Positions 11,601-23,615 of a stretch of 64,000 nt of DNA are shown here, piece after piece (the first letter of the stretch is position 1; each line of letters begins with the position of its first letter). Origin of the DNA: Gekko japonicus (taxonomy: Eukaryota). The notes beneath the pieces were generated by a model. The model worked only from the letters and a program-made list of their open reading frames with translations. It made no database searches and had not been told where the DNA came from. The stretch is from positions 1,957,584 to 2,021,583 of the forward strand of contig NW_015170887.1 of NCBI RefSeq assembly GCF_001447785.1, read 5' to 3'. Made by a program: the position numbers and the translations under genes.

Positions 11601-14600
11601 AAGCAATTTGTATTAATTATTTACTTGATGCCATCGTCCAGAATAAGTACTTTGTACCCTCTTTAAGGGTATAACTTATTCAGTATCAGATGGGATCTGT
11701 TGAAAGGGAAACCATCTTCAGTAGGATAGGATCATCCAGGAACACTGAACAAGAATTTTTGTGTGTGGTGATCCCACCCTGATTCAGTTTGAAAATTTAA
11801 TAGTTTGTGGTTTTAAGGTCCCACCAAGGTTTTCCATAGTGACAGACCATTACTTTATGCAGTGAACCCTAACCCCATTGACAACATTTGCTCAGCTTAT
11901 ACCATGATCTGGAATCTTCAGCCTTGATTCTTTGCTGTACCCCAGAGAAGCACTTTCCCCTACACAGTTTGGTGTAGTGGTTAAGTGCGAGGACTCTAAT
12001 CTGGGAGAACCGGGTTTGATTCCCCACTCCTCCACTTGCACCTGCTGGATGACCTTGGGCAAGCCATAGTTCTGACGAGAGCTGTCCTTGAAAAAGAGCT
12101 GTTTCTGTCAGAGCTCTCTCAGCCCCACCTACCTCACAGGGTGTCTGTTGTGGGGTGGGGAAGGGAAAGGAGTTTGTAAGCCGCTCTGAGACTCCTTTGG
12201 GTAGTGAAGGGCAGGGTATAAATCCAATCTCCTCTTCTTTATCATGTCAGTCTTACCTAATTCCTCTGTTTATTTCAGCTGGCCATAATAGAGTATCTGG
12301 AGGAGACACGGCCAAACCCTAGGATCCTACCTCAGGATCCTAAGAAGAGAGCTCAAGTCCGGATAATCTCTGATGTCATTGCTTCTGGAATTCAACCATT
12401 ACAGGTACTGCTTTTTGCCAGGGCATCTACTGTAGCATTGTCTCATCTACGGTCACTGCTGACACCAAGTCCAAGGGGAGATGGAAGTTCCTTTCCAGGG
12501 TAGAAAAAGTTACTTTATGACCCCATCCCTTTATTATTATTTGAATACTGCTACCCAGTACCTCCAGACTCCTTCGTTCTCATTTGTTATAGCTTTAGAA
12601 AATGAAGAGCACAGGATCTTGGGGAAAACTGTGAAGCTAAAAATATGGCTTTGAGAAAAGACTTTGTCAGCTACTCCTGTTTGAAATCTTGTCTCTGTTC
12701 TCCTGTCCCTAGTGCTGTGGAGTTACCTGACATGCCAAAGGGCACTAATCTAAGAGGACCTAGTAAATGCTAATTGCAAGGCTGCTCTGTATGCAAAACA
12801 GCAGAATTATAGAAGGATGACCCAGATCAAGTCTAAGCCCAGGTACAGAACCATATATGGCTGGGCACGTTTCAGAATGTTTTAAGGTGTTTGATGGTGT
12901 CATCATTGCCCCAGGTGTGAATACTCATCCTGTCGTCTCTGGACAACAAGAACTTGCAGGCTTTGCAACATTTCAAATCTCTGTTAGACAAGACAGTGCA
13001 GGGATAGGCAACTGGGAGTGCAAGGGCCAAATACCTCTCCCCAGAGTATTTCAATCTAGCCCAAGCATAGTCCCTGAACCCAAAGACTCCATCTGCATGT
13101 ACCTGCCACCGTGCACCTCAGCCACTTTCTGTGTAGAAGACAAAGTGCCTTTGCGTCATGGGTTGTGTGGGCCAGTGCTGTTGTCCAATCAGACAGTGCT
13201 GGATTAAAAATCTAGCTACCATTGAAAAGGTAGCTACACTAGCAACAAAGATAACAATGGCTCTCCCTCCCACCCTCTCAAACTCTTTTAAAAACAGTAC
13301 TGCCTATGTGTAGCCACAGTTAATTTCTAAGCTGTGAGGCAATCTAACCTTAAGACTCCTGTATTTTTCAGAACCTCTCCATCCTGCAGCAAGTTGGGGA
13401 TAAGAAGCTGGAATGGGCCCAGCTCTGTATCTCTGGTGGCTTTAAAGGTGAGACCCACAGTGAATTGCAGCTAGATTTAGCTCTCCCAGTAGACTAGGAG
13501 GTTATGAGGAAAGTTTTGTCTGGTATGGATCCACAAGGGTTAAGCTGACTCTAAATATTATAAAAATGCAAAATTTATTCAGGTGTACACATTTTAAAAC
13601 TTAAGACTCATTAAAAATATACCATTCAGACATAAAAAAAAAACTTCTCAATATTCATACATAGATGGGTTAGTGCTGTGCAACGGAACCAAACGCGTTT
13701 CGGCCCCTCAAAGGGCCTTCCTCAGTGGTCACAATTCCAATTATAAATTTGACATACATTCAAAAAATTTTTTTCATAAGATGTTACATACATATACAGT
13801 ACAAGGCCAGATGTTGTTTCCTAAATACTTCTGTATTTGTTTATTATTATTCTATAAGATGGGCCTCCAGTCTAGCCAATTAAAGTCCACCAATAATTCT
13901 GGTAGCACAAACTTGCGTGAGTTGAATGTATGTCACTCCATCCTGTACAAATTCTAGTACAAGCTTCAAGCATTTTGGAAGTTCTTTAAGTCCTCCCAAA
14001 GAGGGGGAAAGCAGGAAATAAATATTTAAATGAAAATAGAGAGCTGTCATTTGGCAAAGACACACAGCCAATGGAAATCAGTCTTCAGCAAGTTCTCAGA
14101 GAATAACCTTAAAAGCACAACTAACCTTTAATGCATAACTACAAAACTAAGCACATGAAGAATTGGCCTTAACAACAGCTGGACCAATCCATACTGGTGC
14201 AGACATAGCCTCAGTAACCAAAAGAATTATGTTAGAATTTACTCCCTTTACATTCACATTGGACTGCTGGAAATGAAGCTGAGAAATCCAGCAAACACAA
14301 GATTCCTATAGGACTTTGACAAAGGAGAGGAGAGGAAGAGAATGGCAGAAACGTAGCCCTTTCCCCGACCCACTGCTTTCTCCATTTGTATGAGAAATGT
14401 AAGTTGTGGGAAAAGGAGAAGGGACATGCAGTGGAAAAGTGACACATGGAAAAATGGTTCAGCACACCCCCTACCACCCCCTTCTGTGAAATTCCGCACA
14501 CCACATGGCTTTGTCACCATCGGTATGGTACTCTTTTCTGTATCTTAAAAATGCCCGTTGTGATGGTTTTCCCTAGAGGTGCCTCTTCCAGCCCACTTTC

Positions 14601-17600
14601 TGTTTTTTTTTCTAACACTATGACAAATTCAAAAGCTTCCTGGTATTATTTCACATTTCCTTGTTGATTTTTATTAGAACCCTATAAAGACATATAAAGT
14701 TGAAGGCAGCAGAAAAGAGGAAGACCTCACATGAGATGCATTTACTCAATAAAAGGAAGACATGGCCCTTGACTGGCAAGACCTGAGCCAGACTTGGCCA
14801 CTTCTGCACTGTCATTTTTGTCACTCATTTGTCCCTGTTGCTTCAGGGGTTCTCCCCCCCCAATGCTCTCCCTAGTAGTCCCAGAGGAAGCAAAACACAT
14901 GTGGAAAAGGGGGGGGGAGACACCCAAAGCAATAGGGACAAACGAGTGAAAAAAATGACAGTGCAGAAGTGGCCACTGTTAATGATAGAATGTCTTGGAG
15001 GTCATTAATTCACAGAGTCACCATCAGTTGGAAGCAACGTGATAGCACTGCACACACACAAAGATGCGCAATTCATTCATTAACCTACACAGAACTCTAT
15101 GCTGAAAGGAGGAGCTGCTGATTTTTAACTATTGTACAACTTTGTTCCTACAGCTTTGGAGCAGATCCTGCAGGAAACATCTGGGCGCTACTGTGTTGGG
15201 GATGAGGTAAGACAAGCTGAGATCATTGACACTTCCAATCACTAGTAGAACTACAGACCCGGAATCAGTCAGGTTTGTGTAACTAGACTATCTACCCTGG
15301 TTTTCACAGGTAAGGAATGTTTTTCTGTGCAGTATAGTCAGTGCAAAGGTCCAGTAGGCTCAGGCCTGTAGCTACCGGGGGGCATCTTGGGGCTAGGCCC
15401 CCTGACTTAATAGCAAGGCCCCACGACTTCCCATCCAGCCCAGGGCCCCTGAGCAGTGGCAGGTGTGAGGAAGGAGCCTTTGATTAGCCAGTGCCCCCTA
15501 AGAAATTTAAATGCCCCCGGACTTAATAAATCCTGGCTACAGGCCTGAGTAGGCTGAGATGCATGCTTCCTGTAAAGCCAACAAAATTGGAAGAGTACTA
15601 ACTCTACCACTGTAACCATCTATTTGCTTGTCCCTCCTGCCCCACCCATAATTTTGCATCCATTTTGAGAACCTCCGGCCAAGGGTCTTTCTTAGCTCAC
15701 CAAATATTAGATACAGCAAGTACGAGAATCTATAGCACCACTTACTGTTAATAATTGCACAGCATGTTTTAGTGCGCCCTGAACTGGATGGCACAGGCTA
15801 GCCTGATTTCACCAGATCTCAGAAGCTAAGCAGGGTCAGCTCTGGCTAGCATTTGGATGGGAGGCCTCCAAGGAATACCAGGGTCATGATGCAGAGGCAG
15901 GCAATGGCAAACCACCTCTGAATCTTGCCGTGAAAACCCTATGGGGTCACCGTGTTTCAGTGCACTTCTTTCTTCTGTACAAAGAGGTTGCCACTGAAGG
16001 TGCTCAGTGAAGCAGTTGAAACATTACTGGGTCCTGCAGGAGGCATGGATACTTTTTAAAGAGTCCTTAAAAGCTTGAATAGGCACTGCAATACAGGAGA
16101 AAAGAAGCAAGAAGAGGCAGCATAATGTAAATCTGATAATTTTTCTCCATGAGATGATCCAGGTTATTTGGTTAGCAGAATGCAACTTGAAAAAGCCCTA
16201 GATCCTTGGAGGTCAACCAAGCTTGCCATACACTGAGGTATATACACAGGGCTCTAGTCGGGGGGGAGCTCTCAGGTACGGAGCTCCGGAAGAGAACCTC
16301 TAGGGGGCGGGGCGGTCACGTGGTGAAGCCCCGCCCCCTTCTTTACCCCGCCCTCTGCTTCGATCCTCATTCCGTTTGGGAATGAGGATGAAGCAGGAGG
16401 GTAAGTAGCCGGGCCTTCTGACACACTTCCGGTGATGTCAGGGGGTGTGGCCTTCTGTCACTTCCGGTGATGTCAGGGGGCGTGGCATATGCAAATAAGT
16501 TATGCTAATGAGTTATGCTAATGAGCTCCGGCAGCTCTTTTTCTACAACAAGACCCCTGTATATACATAAGCCCTTAGCTCTCAGAAATGGCAGCAGATT
16601 GCTGCTTTTCTGTCTTTGCAGATAACTTGCTTGTCTCCAGCCTCAAGATGGTCACTGGAGGCTTAGATAGGTCACAAAGATTTTCTTTTTAAATGACTGT
16701 AGGAAATGCAAGAAAAAAGGGATCCTTCCAGATCCAGTTCTGTTTACTTGTATGCTTAGATACAAGGCTCCATGGTATAATTTTTTTTGTTATAGCCAAA
16801 GTGAGTACTGATAACACATATTATGGGTCATAAAGTATGGATTAGTAGATCAGCAAAATGAAGCTAGGGACAGATGGGGAGGACTTCTCTACAGACCTGA
16901 AGAAAGTCTAAAGTTTGTGGAAAAATCTGGAAAAAATTGGGGTATTAAAACTCTCCAAAATAACAGAAATAATCACTGCATCTTTAGGGGGGGGGGGAAA
17001 TGCCCACTGAGCTCTGTTGCCAGTCTGGAGGTTGCTAAGCCTCCCAGGCTTTGGTTTCTGTAAACCAGTTCATGGTGGGAGGGGTTTCAGGGGTGGACTC
17101 AGCCCTGGAAACGGTTCCCCCTGCCTCCATCATATCCCCAGAGGAGGACTCACTGGGGCCAGGCCTGGCTGGGACCACCAGTGATTCACTACCCGCACAA
17201 CTTGGCTGGGTCCAGCAGGAGCCACTGTGCAGCTTGGTCACAGCCGCTATATGACTCAGCTGGACTTACAGGCAACTACTGCATGACTTTTGCAACTTGG
17301 ACAGACTTTCTCTAGGGAGAGGCTACGAGGGGATGGGAAGGAGAGAAAGCTGAAGACTGGAGGGTAGATAAAGGCAGGTTTGGTGGACGGGTGGGTGGAA
17401 GGCAAGAAGGGGGGGGACAAGGGAAAATAAGATGCCCCCCAGAAAAATTGCCAGACTAGAACAAAAACAAACCAAAAGAGAAACTGAAGAACTATTGCAG
17501 TAATATGCAGACCAACTGACCTAATATTAAAATATGTTATATACAAAAAAGACACATTGTTAAACACAAAGTACAATAGTCACCAAAACATACCATTAGT

Positions 17601-20273
17601 CCTTTGCTTGTTCTCATGAGACTGTATCGGGCTGTGGTACATAAGCTGGTTTTCATTACGAAAGTGTGTTAAGCTGAAGTAAATGAGTCATAAGAATGTA
17701 AGAGTAGCTGTGCTGGATCAGATCAATGGTCCCTCTAGCCCAGCATTTTGTTTCATGCAGTGGCCAACCAGATTTCCCCCACAAGGCCACTGAACAGGAG
17801 CATGGAGGCCAAAGCCTGCCCCAGTACTGGTATTCAGAGTGTTTCTGTCTCTGAACATGGATGTTCTATTTAGTCACTATTGCTAATAAGCATTGATGGA
17901 CCAAGACTCTATGAATTTGTGTAATCCACTAGTATGATTTTACCAGTAACCATTGCTGTGTCCTCTGGCCGTGAGTTCCACACTTCAGCCAGACTCCAAA
18001 AACTATTATTTGCAGATCCACCTAAAAAAGCATCCAGCTCACTAACAGCAGCATGGCAACATTTGGAGAACAAGCACACTTTGTGTTTGAGAAGTATATT
18101 TTTGTGCATTATATTTTGTATTACATGGTCTACCACTTATTGCAAGTCTTCCCTTCGTCTTCTGTATCATGATGTTTTATGTTAAACATTAAAAGGGCTG
18201 AGTACTTTGAATTCCACAGGGAAACCAATACTGTGTGGTGTAAGACAGGGTTTGTTAATGTAAGGGCCACATAGAATAAATGTCAAATGTTTGAGAGCTG
18301 CAAGACATGAACAAATATCACACACACATTTTTATTAGGAAAAATATGCAAATTTGCTTTTTATTAATATTAAAATGAGACTGCCAGAAATAAAAACAAA
18401 AGGGGTAAAAACAGATCTTGATCATGATATTTGTCCAATGATATGTATTTGTTTGCTAATGATATTTATTTGTCTAAGAAAAAGAGAGAGAGAGAGAAAT
18501 AATAGATGGGGACGGGCAGGAGAGGCGGAAAGAAAACAACTTTAACTTTAAATGCATCCTCCAAGCCCCCAGCCCCCACCCCCGCGGCTTGGCTGGGAGA
18601 AGGGATTTAGAGACAAATGCCTTCTCCAAGCTGGCCGGAGGCAAGGGGAGGGCTTTGAGAAAGTATTTAAAGGGAAGATCGATCGGGGAGGCATGCCTCC
18701 CCTTTGCTTCCCCAGCCGCCCTGGCGGGAGCCACACAATATGTGTGAAAGAGCCACATGTGGCTCCCGAGCCACAGTTTGGCCACCCCTGGTGCAAAACA
18801 TTTGACAAAGGGCGAACAGCCAAAGCAAAAACTTGACTAGAACTACCTCATGAGCCCTTGATCCAAAGTATTAAAAGAGGGCTTTTGTGCACAGGTAGTA
18901 GGCTTGAACTGTACAAAATGGTTCACAAACTTGCTTGAATAAATGATTGGGGACTGCGATCTATACTACTGTGTGTAGCTTATTGTAAGTAGGATTTTAT
19001 TATGAATTTTTGCACTGCTTAATGTGTCATGTTAATATTTTCGCTAGGCTTCAGTTCTTTCTTCTTGTTTCCAGGCTTCGACAATCCTGACGCTTTGTTT
19101 ATTCAATGTCCCATTTTGTTGCTTGCATTGACTCACTCTGTGTAACCTGCCTTGAGTCCCTATGAGAAAGGCGGACTATAAATAATGTAAATAAATAATT
19201 AAATGGCCATCCCCTTCACTTAACAGCAAATTTATACAATGAAGGTCCAACACTCTAGCCAGCAACCCACAGTGGACTCAAAAGTGGTACCAGGAAATCT
19301 CAGGCTCCAGAAGAAGGGTACTTGAACTACTTGTTTATGCTTCACTGTAGGTGTCCATGGCTGACCTGTGCTTGGTCCCTCAGGTGTACAATGCAGAGAG
19401 GTAAGCAACAACACACTATTTGGTTGGGTGAGGTTCCATTTGTTGCCCAAGAGGCATGGCTGGCAGTTTGCATTGAGGCAGATTCCCAGTTTCTCAGATG
19501 GTAATATTATAAATGTTATTCTATTAGGATTTTGTTTCCAGAACCTTGTTCCAAAGGTCACATGCATTGCTCTCTTTTACACATAGAGCCAAACACCGAG
19601 ACATCCCTAGTCCCAGACCACTGATGTCAATTATCCTCTTGCATATGCTACACAGAATTAGGGAACTGTGTTTGCAACCCGATGTTAGGATCTATTGGCT
19701 AATGGAAAGAGGGGCTTGAGAGTTTGAGACATCTGTGTCCTTCACGTTCTGTCTGTGCACCTTCCACTGCATCACTTCCTATGGCTACTTGACCTTGTGT
19801 AATCTCTCAAGTCTTCAGCAAAGCCTTTCATGAACTACTCTGGATGGTTAATTTGCACCTGGCATGGAGCCACTTGCTGCTCCACTGTCCTGTCACCATT
19901 CAACAATCTCCCTCTCTTCTCCCATTCTACAATGGCTGCACAATCTAAGTTTTGGCCCCCCTGGACAAGGACACTCAGTTGTGTGTTTATCACCATGCTA
20001 ATAGTAAGTGAAAGTTGGTAGAGGTTGTTTTTCAAAGGAGGAGAGAGAATTCCCTTTGTAAAGAAGGTCTTTGTACAAGCCCTTGACTTTACTTATTTCC
20101 AGAGCACACTGCTACGGTAGCTACTAAATTGTGTTTCTCCTTCTAGGTATAAAGTGGATCTTGCTCCGTACCCCACACTCAGAAGAATCAACAAAGCTCT
20201 TCTGGAGTTAGAGGAATTCCAGACAAGCCACCCATCCCGGCAGCCAGATACCCCTCCAGAACTAAGAGCCTAA
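8579..20273 (+). CDS. GSTZ1: Glutathione S-transferase zeta 1 / maleylacetoacetate isomerase, exons 2-9: 8579-8630, 9802-9869, 11514-11594, 12279-12404, 13372-13447, 15154-15206, 19351-19400, 20147-20273
   Basis: Spliced product [24 protein letters not shown]...[15 protein letters not shown]; SSC active-site motif; all junctions GT-AG and phase-consistent (633 nt). Confidence 0.97.
9802..9869 (+). CDS. GSTZ1: GSTZ1 exon 3
   Basis: [23 protein letters not shown]. Confidence 0.96.
10173..10255 (-). mobile_element. Penelope-like terminus with a near-intact minimal hammerhead motif (10216-10255)
   Basis: Minus strand atat-CTGAAGA-a-gtgag-ctcata-ctcat-GAAA-gc-TC-atac. Confidence 0.65.
10466..10608. 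repeat. 30-bp minisatellite, about 4.5 copies
   Basis: Unit gtgcatgtgcactcatgcacgcgcataagt; internal copies identical. Confidence 0.95.
11514..11594 (+). CDS. GSTZ1: GSTZ1 exon 4
   Basis: [27 protein letters not shown]. Confidence 0.96.
11965..12238 (+). mobile_element. tRNA-derived squamate SINE (Squam3-like)
   Basis: A box tggtgtagtgg, B box ggtttgattccc; related copies at 36640-36870, 56962-57215 and 61390-61620. Confidence 0.8.
12279..12404 (+). CDS. GSTZ1: GSTZ1 exon 5
   Basis: [42 protein letters not shown]. Confidence 0.96.
13372..13447 (+). CDS. GSTZ1: GSTZ1 exon 6
   Basis: [25 protein letters not shown]. Confidence 0.95.
13687..13730 (-). ncRNA. Minimal type I hammerhead ribozyme motif in an AT-rich, probably Penelope-derived insert
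   Basis: GACCA-CUGAGGA-A-GGCCC-uuugag-GGGCC-GAAA-CGCG-UU-UGGUU: conserved core, 5-bp stem II, palindromic ACGCGU stem III, 5-bp stem I. Confidence 0.75.
14795..14975. mobile_element. MITE with ~48-bp terminal inverted repeats
   Basis: tggccacttctgcactgtcattttt... / ...aaaaatgacagtgcagaagtggcca. Confidence 0.75.
15154..15206 (+). CDS. GSTZ1: GSTZ1 exon 7
   Basis: [18 protein letters not shown]. Confidence 0.96.
15361..15547. mobile_element. Non-autonomous hAT element
   Basis: TIR caggcctgtagc / gctacaggcctg; perfect 8-bp TSD AGTAGGCT. Confidence 0.85.
15775..15960 (+). mobile_element. 5S rRNA-derived SINE
   Basis: gatctcagaagctaagcagggtcag...tttggatgggag 5S head plus gcaatggcaaaccacc tail; other copies at 21580-21780 and 36020-36235. 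Confidence 0.75.
16247..16559. mobile_element. Non-autonomous hAT element, same family as 30327-31691
   Basis: Ends caggg...ccctg; perfect 8-bp TSD TATATACA. Confidence 0.85.
18246..18789. mobile_element. Non-autonomous hAT (Charlie-like) element
   Basis: Ends tttggccacccctg; internal sequence shared with 44934-45121; TSD degenerate. Confidence 0.7.
19351..19400 (+). CDS. GSTZ1: GSTZ1 exon 8
   Basis: [17 protein letters not shown]. Confidence 0.96.
20147..20273 (+). CDS. GSTZ1: GSTZ1 exon 9 (stop)
   Basis: [41 protein letters not shown]; candidate AATAAA at 20849. Confidence 0.96.
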
Positions 20274-23200
20274 AAGCTGTTTGAGTTTTGTACTGCTGAC
20301 TTCTCTGTTCCTTTGCTGTTCTCTTCTACGTGGGAGTCCCTCTTTGGGGGCAGATTCAGCAAAGACCAGTGCTCTGATGCTTTTCAGCCAGCTTTTGGAC
20401 AGAGTGGACGAGGCCATACTGTACTGGCATGGTATGCAAGTATGCCTACTGTGGAGCACCTTGTGTACATGTCAGCATGAAGCCAATTTAAAAGAAAAGA
20501 GCTTGTGAATGTCCTGCGTGAGTTCAGTTGCTGCCAGCCTGGGTGAGTCACTGTGGTGGGCAAGAGTGACTGCACCTTGACGGCATACAAATTTGCACAC
20601 CGGGGGAAGGTTACATCTTGGGATGTGATATAACAGGGCATATGTGAGATGTTTTTGATTTAAAGTTAAAAGAAGAGGGTGGGTTTTCCCACATTCTCAG
20701 TTTCCTCACTTGTAAGTTCCTGTTTCTTCGAAGAAGGGGTTCTGTTCAAGATGTGTTTTGCTCCCTCTGTTGGTTGATTCAGTATTATACCACTTAAGAC
20801 GGGCATAACAACCTGCAGATTAAATCTGAAGAAAGAGATGATGGACATAATAAACCAGTGTAATATCAAATCAACCACTAGAGAAAGCAAAACACATGTG
20901 GAACATTAAAACCCCCAACAAAACAGGAACTTGCAAGCATGGGAAATAAGAACGTGGGAAAGCCCTGTGTTTGCGGGGAGGAGATTTTGTTCCTGTAAAT
21001 ACTACTTCTCCTGTTTGTGCAGCAGAGACACAAAGCCCATGAGAGTGATTTAGACAGCACATGCGGTAGTTACATACGGATACCTACTGGGAACCTATGC
21101 TAAGGGAGAGAGATAAAACAAATGAGACTCCTGTACATCTCCACTTGCTACTTCCCAGTCAAATAGCTGCTTTTAAAAACTTAGGAAAGAGCTTGATCAT
21201 AAATCTCCTGTGTCTTTCCATATACAAGAACCCTGCATATGCCAAACAGCTGCCATTGGGCTTATTGAGGAACTTCTATAAGTCAAAAGGTTACCCCAGT
21301 TCTAGTTAACAATTTATCCTTTGGGAGAAGACAAGCTGCCTTATTCTAAAGAACATAAGAAGAGCCATGCTGGATCAGACGAAAGGCCTATCAAGTCTGG
21401 CATTCTGTTCACAGGAGTGGCCAACCAGCTGCCTCCAGGAAGCCCACAAGCAACAGTCTCCTCGGGCCTGAGCTCCCCAGCATATACTGCCTCTTGGTAC
21501 TGGAGGGGGTAGATAACCATTGTGACTAGTAGCCACTGATAGCTTCATGCTTCATGAATCTGTCCACTCCCCTTTTTGTGTGCGTGTGCCTGGAGGTCAT
21601 GGTGACCTCTGGTGACTCCTACTGGGGGCATGGAGGATATTAAGAGAAGTGGCTTGATGGCCTGCCTCTGGCCCTGGTATTCTTTGAAGGTCTCCCATCC
21701 AAATACATGCCAGGGTTGGCCCTGCTTAGCTTCCAAGATCTGACAAGATAGGGCTTGCCTGGGCTACCCAGGTCAGGGCATCCACTCCCCTTTTTAAAGC
21801 CTTCCAAGTTGGCAGCTGTCACCAGATCCCATGATAGCGCGTCCCACAATTTAACTGTGTGCTATGAGAAGAAGGACTTGCTTCAGTGGATGACCCTGGG
21901 TTCTAGCATTATGGGAGAGGGACGAAAAGCTTCTGTTGCTTTACAGTGTACCAGCTGGAACACAAATGTTTTCAATTATCCCTTCTAGTAATTAGCGACA
22001 GCCCAAGTTCCAACCACATAGTCTTTTTTTTTCCCTTCTGAGAGCCAAAATATTCAGTCAGCAAGTACTTGATTCTAATGCTTCATTTTCTAAGATAACA
22101 GGGGTTAATAGGGATGCAATTATTTCACTTTTCCAGCAGGTGTATTTACAGCTGTGTTCTTGGAGCCCAGCTGGATGGGGAAATACCTGCTGGGGATAGG
22201 TTAAACAGCCATGCACCAGCTGTCCCTGGACAATGCTTTCCCCAGCTCTGTTCTTCACATTGAGGGAAACAGGGTTGCTTGTCCACAGTCCACATTTTAA
22301 AACGGCCAGATTTCTAGGTTACATTAAACAAGCATTCCTAGCCACATGAATCTTGGACTGTGTATTCAATTCTGGTACTCTCATACTGAATTAAAGAGAC
22401 TTTTGCTGGGTTTTGTGTGGGAAGATGATGATGAACAGCATGAAGTGTGTGAATGGGATGTCATTTGGGGTCTGAGGACTGCAGCCAAGCAGTCTCTAGG
22501 GTCAAAGTCTTCCCCCCCCCCAAGTTTTGCTCTCCAGTAATGACAGTGGGAACAGAAGCAACAAACTGGCAAGTAAAAAGGAAGTTATTTATACCTCCTA
22601 CACATAGCAAGTTTTCTTAGCAGTATCAGGCACACATTTCTCCACAGCATCAATTCCCCAGAGAATATTCTACACTTTTAAAAAAAAATCACCAGAAAAA
22701 GATAGATTCTGGGATTTATACAAGTTATGCAAGTGTACAGAATTTCTAAACTGACAGCACTGTCAAATGTTCAGGAAGCAGATCAGAAGATAATCTAGTC
22801 CAGACTGAAACAAAGGATCATTCCTAAACAAAACTCCTTTGCATGTGTGAAATAGTTTATTACACAATGACAAAAAGGGAAGAAGAAAGGATGTTTGCAA
22901 AATATGCAGAAATTAGGTCAAACTAACTGGCTGCGTAGAAGAGATAGTTGGGCAGAGAAACAACCCAGAAGACGCATACTTAAGCCATTGTTTCTACATG
23001 CTTAACAATACCTGTCCGGGCACTTTCAAGACATTCAACCCTCCCAGCAATAGTACAGGCTAAAAAAGAATACACAGTTTATCAGAATTTAGCTCAGGAA
23101 TTACCACATACCAAGTTCCATAGGAGGATCACAACCCCATGGCTCCTTTAGCCCTTAATTAGGCAAAATCCTAAATCAACGAGCAGTTAAGGGGTTCAGG

Positions 23201-23382
23201 AGCAGCAACTGATTCAGTTAAGACAATAAAAAGTTTACATGAAAATTTACTTGATACAAAAAGGGGGGGGCTGACTTGTAGTCCTTATTTCTTTTGCTTT
23301 TATTCTACTGACATCCACTCTGTCTTTCTGTTCCTGCCTCTGCTTGGCCTGGCCTAGAGCTTCCAATGGCTCAGACTGGATT

Positions 23383-23615
23383 CTAAGAGGTTCCCTTCAC
23401 CTCCCCAAGGTCCAGCTGAATTTTGCTGGTACTATTGTAGAACTTTCCAGCACGGTCAGAACCCCCGAAGACCAGTACTGTGCACAGGTTGCACTTGCCT
23501 CTGCTCTCCTTATCCATGTCTGTCAAGTGGACAGAAGTCAAGTTCAACAGCGTGTGGCCTGCCCGGGGTATCGAACAAAGATCACTGTGCACCACTGCAT
23601 TCCATGTTAACGTAT
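23383..23615 (-). CDS. Kelch gene exon 13 (stop)
   Basis: [24 protein letters not shown]...[31 protein letters not shown]. Confidence 0.9.

Noticed and set aside
11965-12035. tRNA gene
   Set aside because: tRNA-like SINE head followed by a SINE body
15775-15890. 5S rRNA gene
   Set aside because: Diverged and fused to a SINE tail; several dispersed copies
20273-23383. Overlapping convergent 3'UTRs of GSTZ1 and the Kelch gene
   Set aside because: Separate candidate poly(A) signals exist (20849 on +; ~23299 and ~22856 on -), so overlap is not required and cannot be shown from sequence
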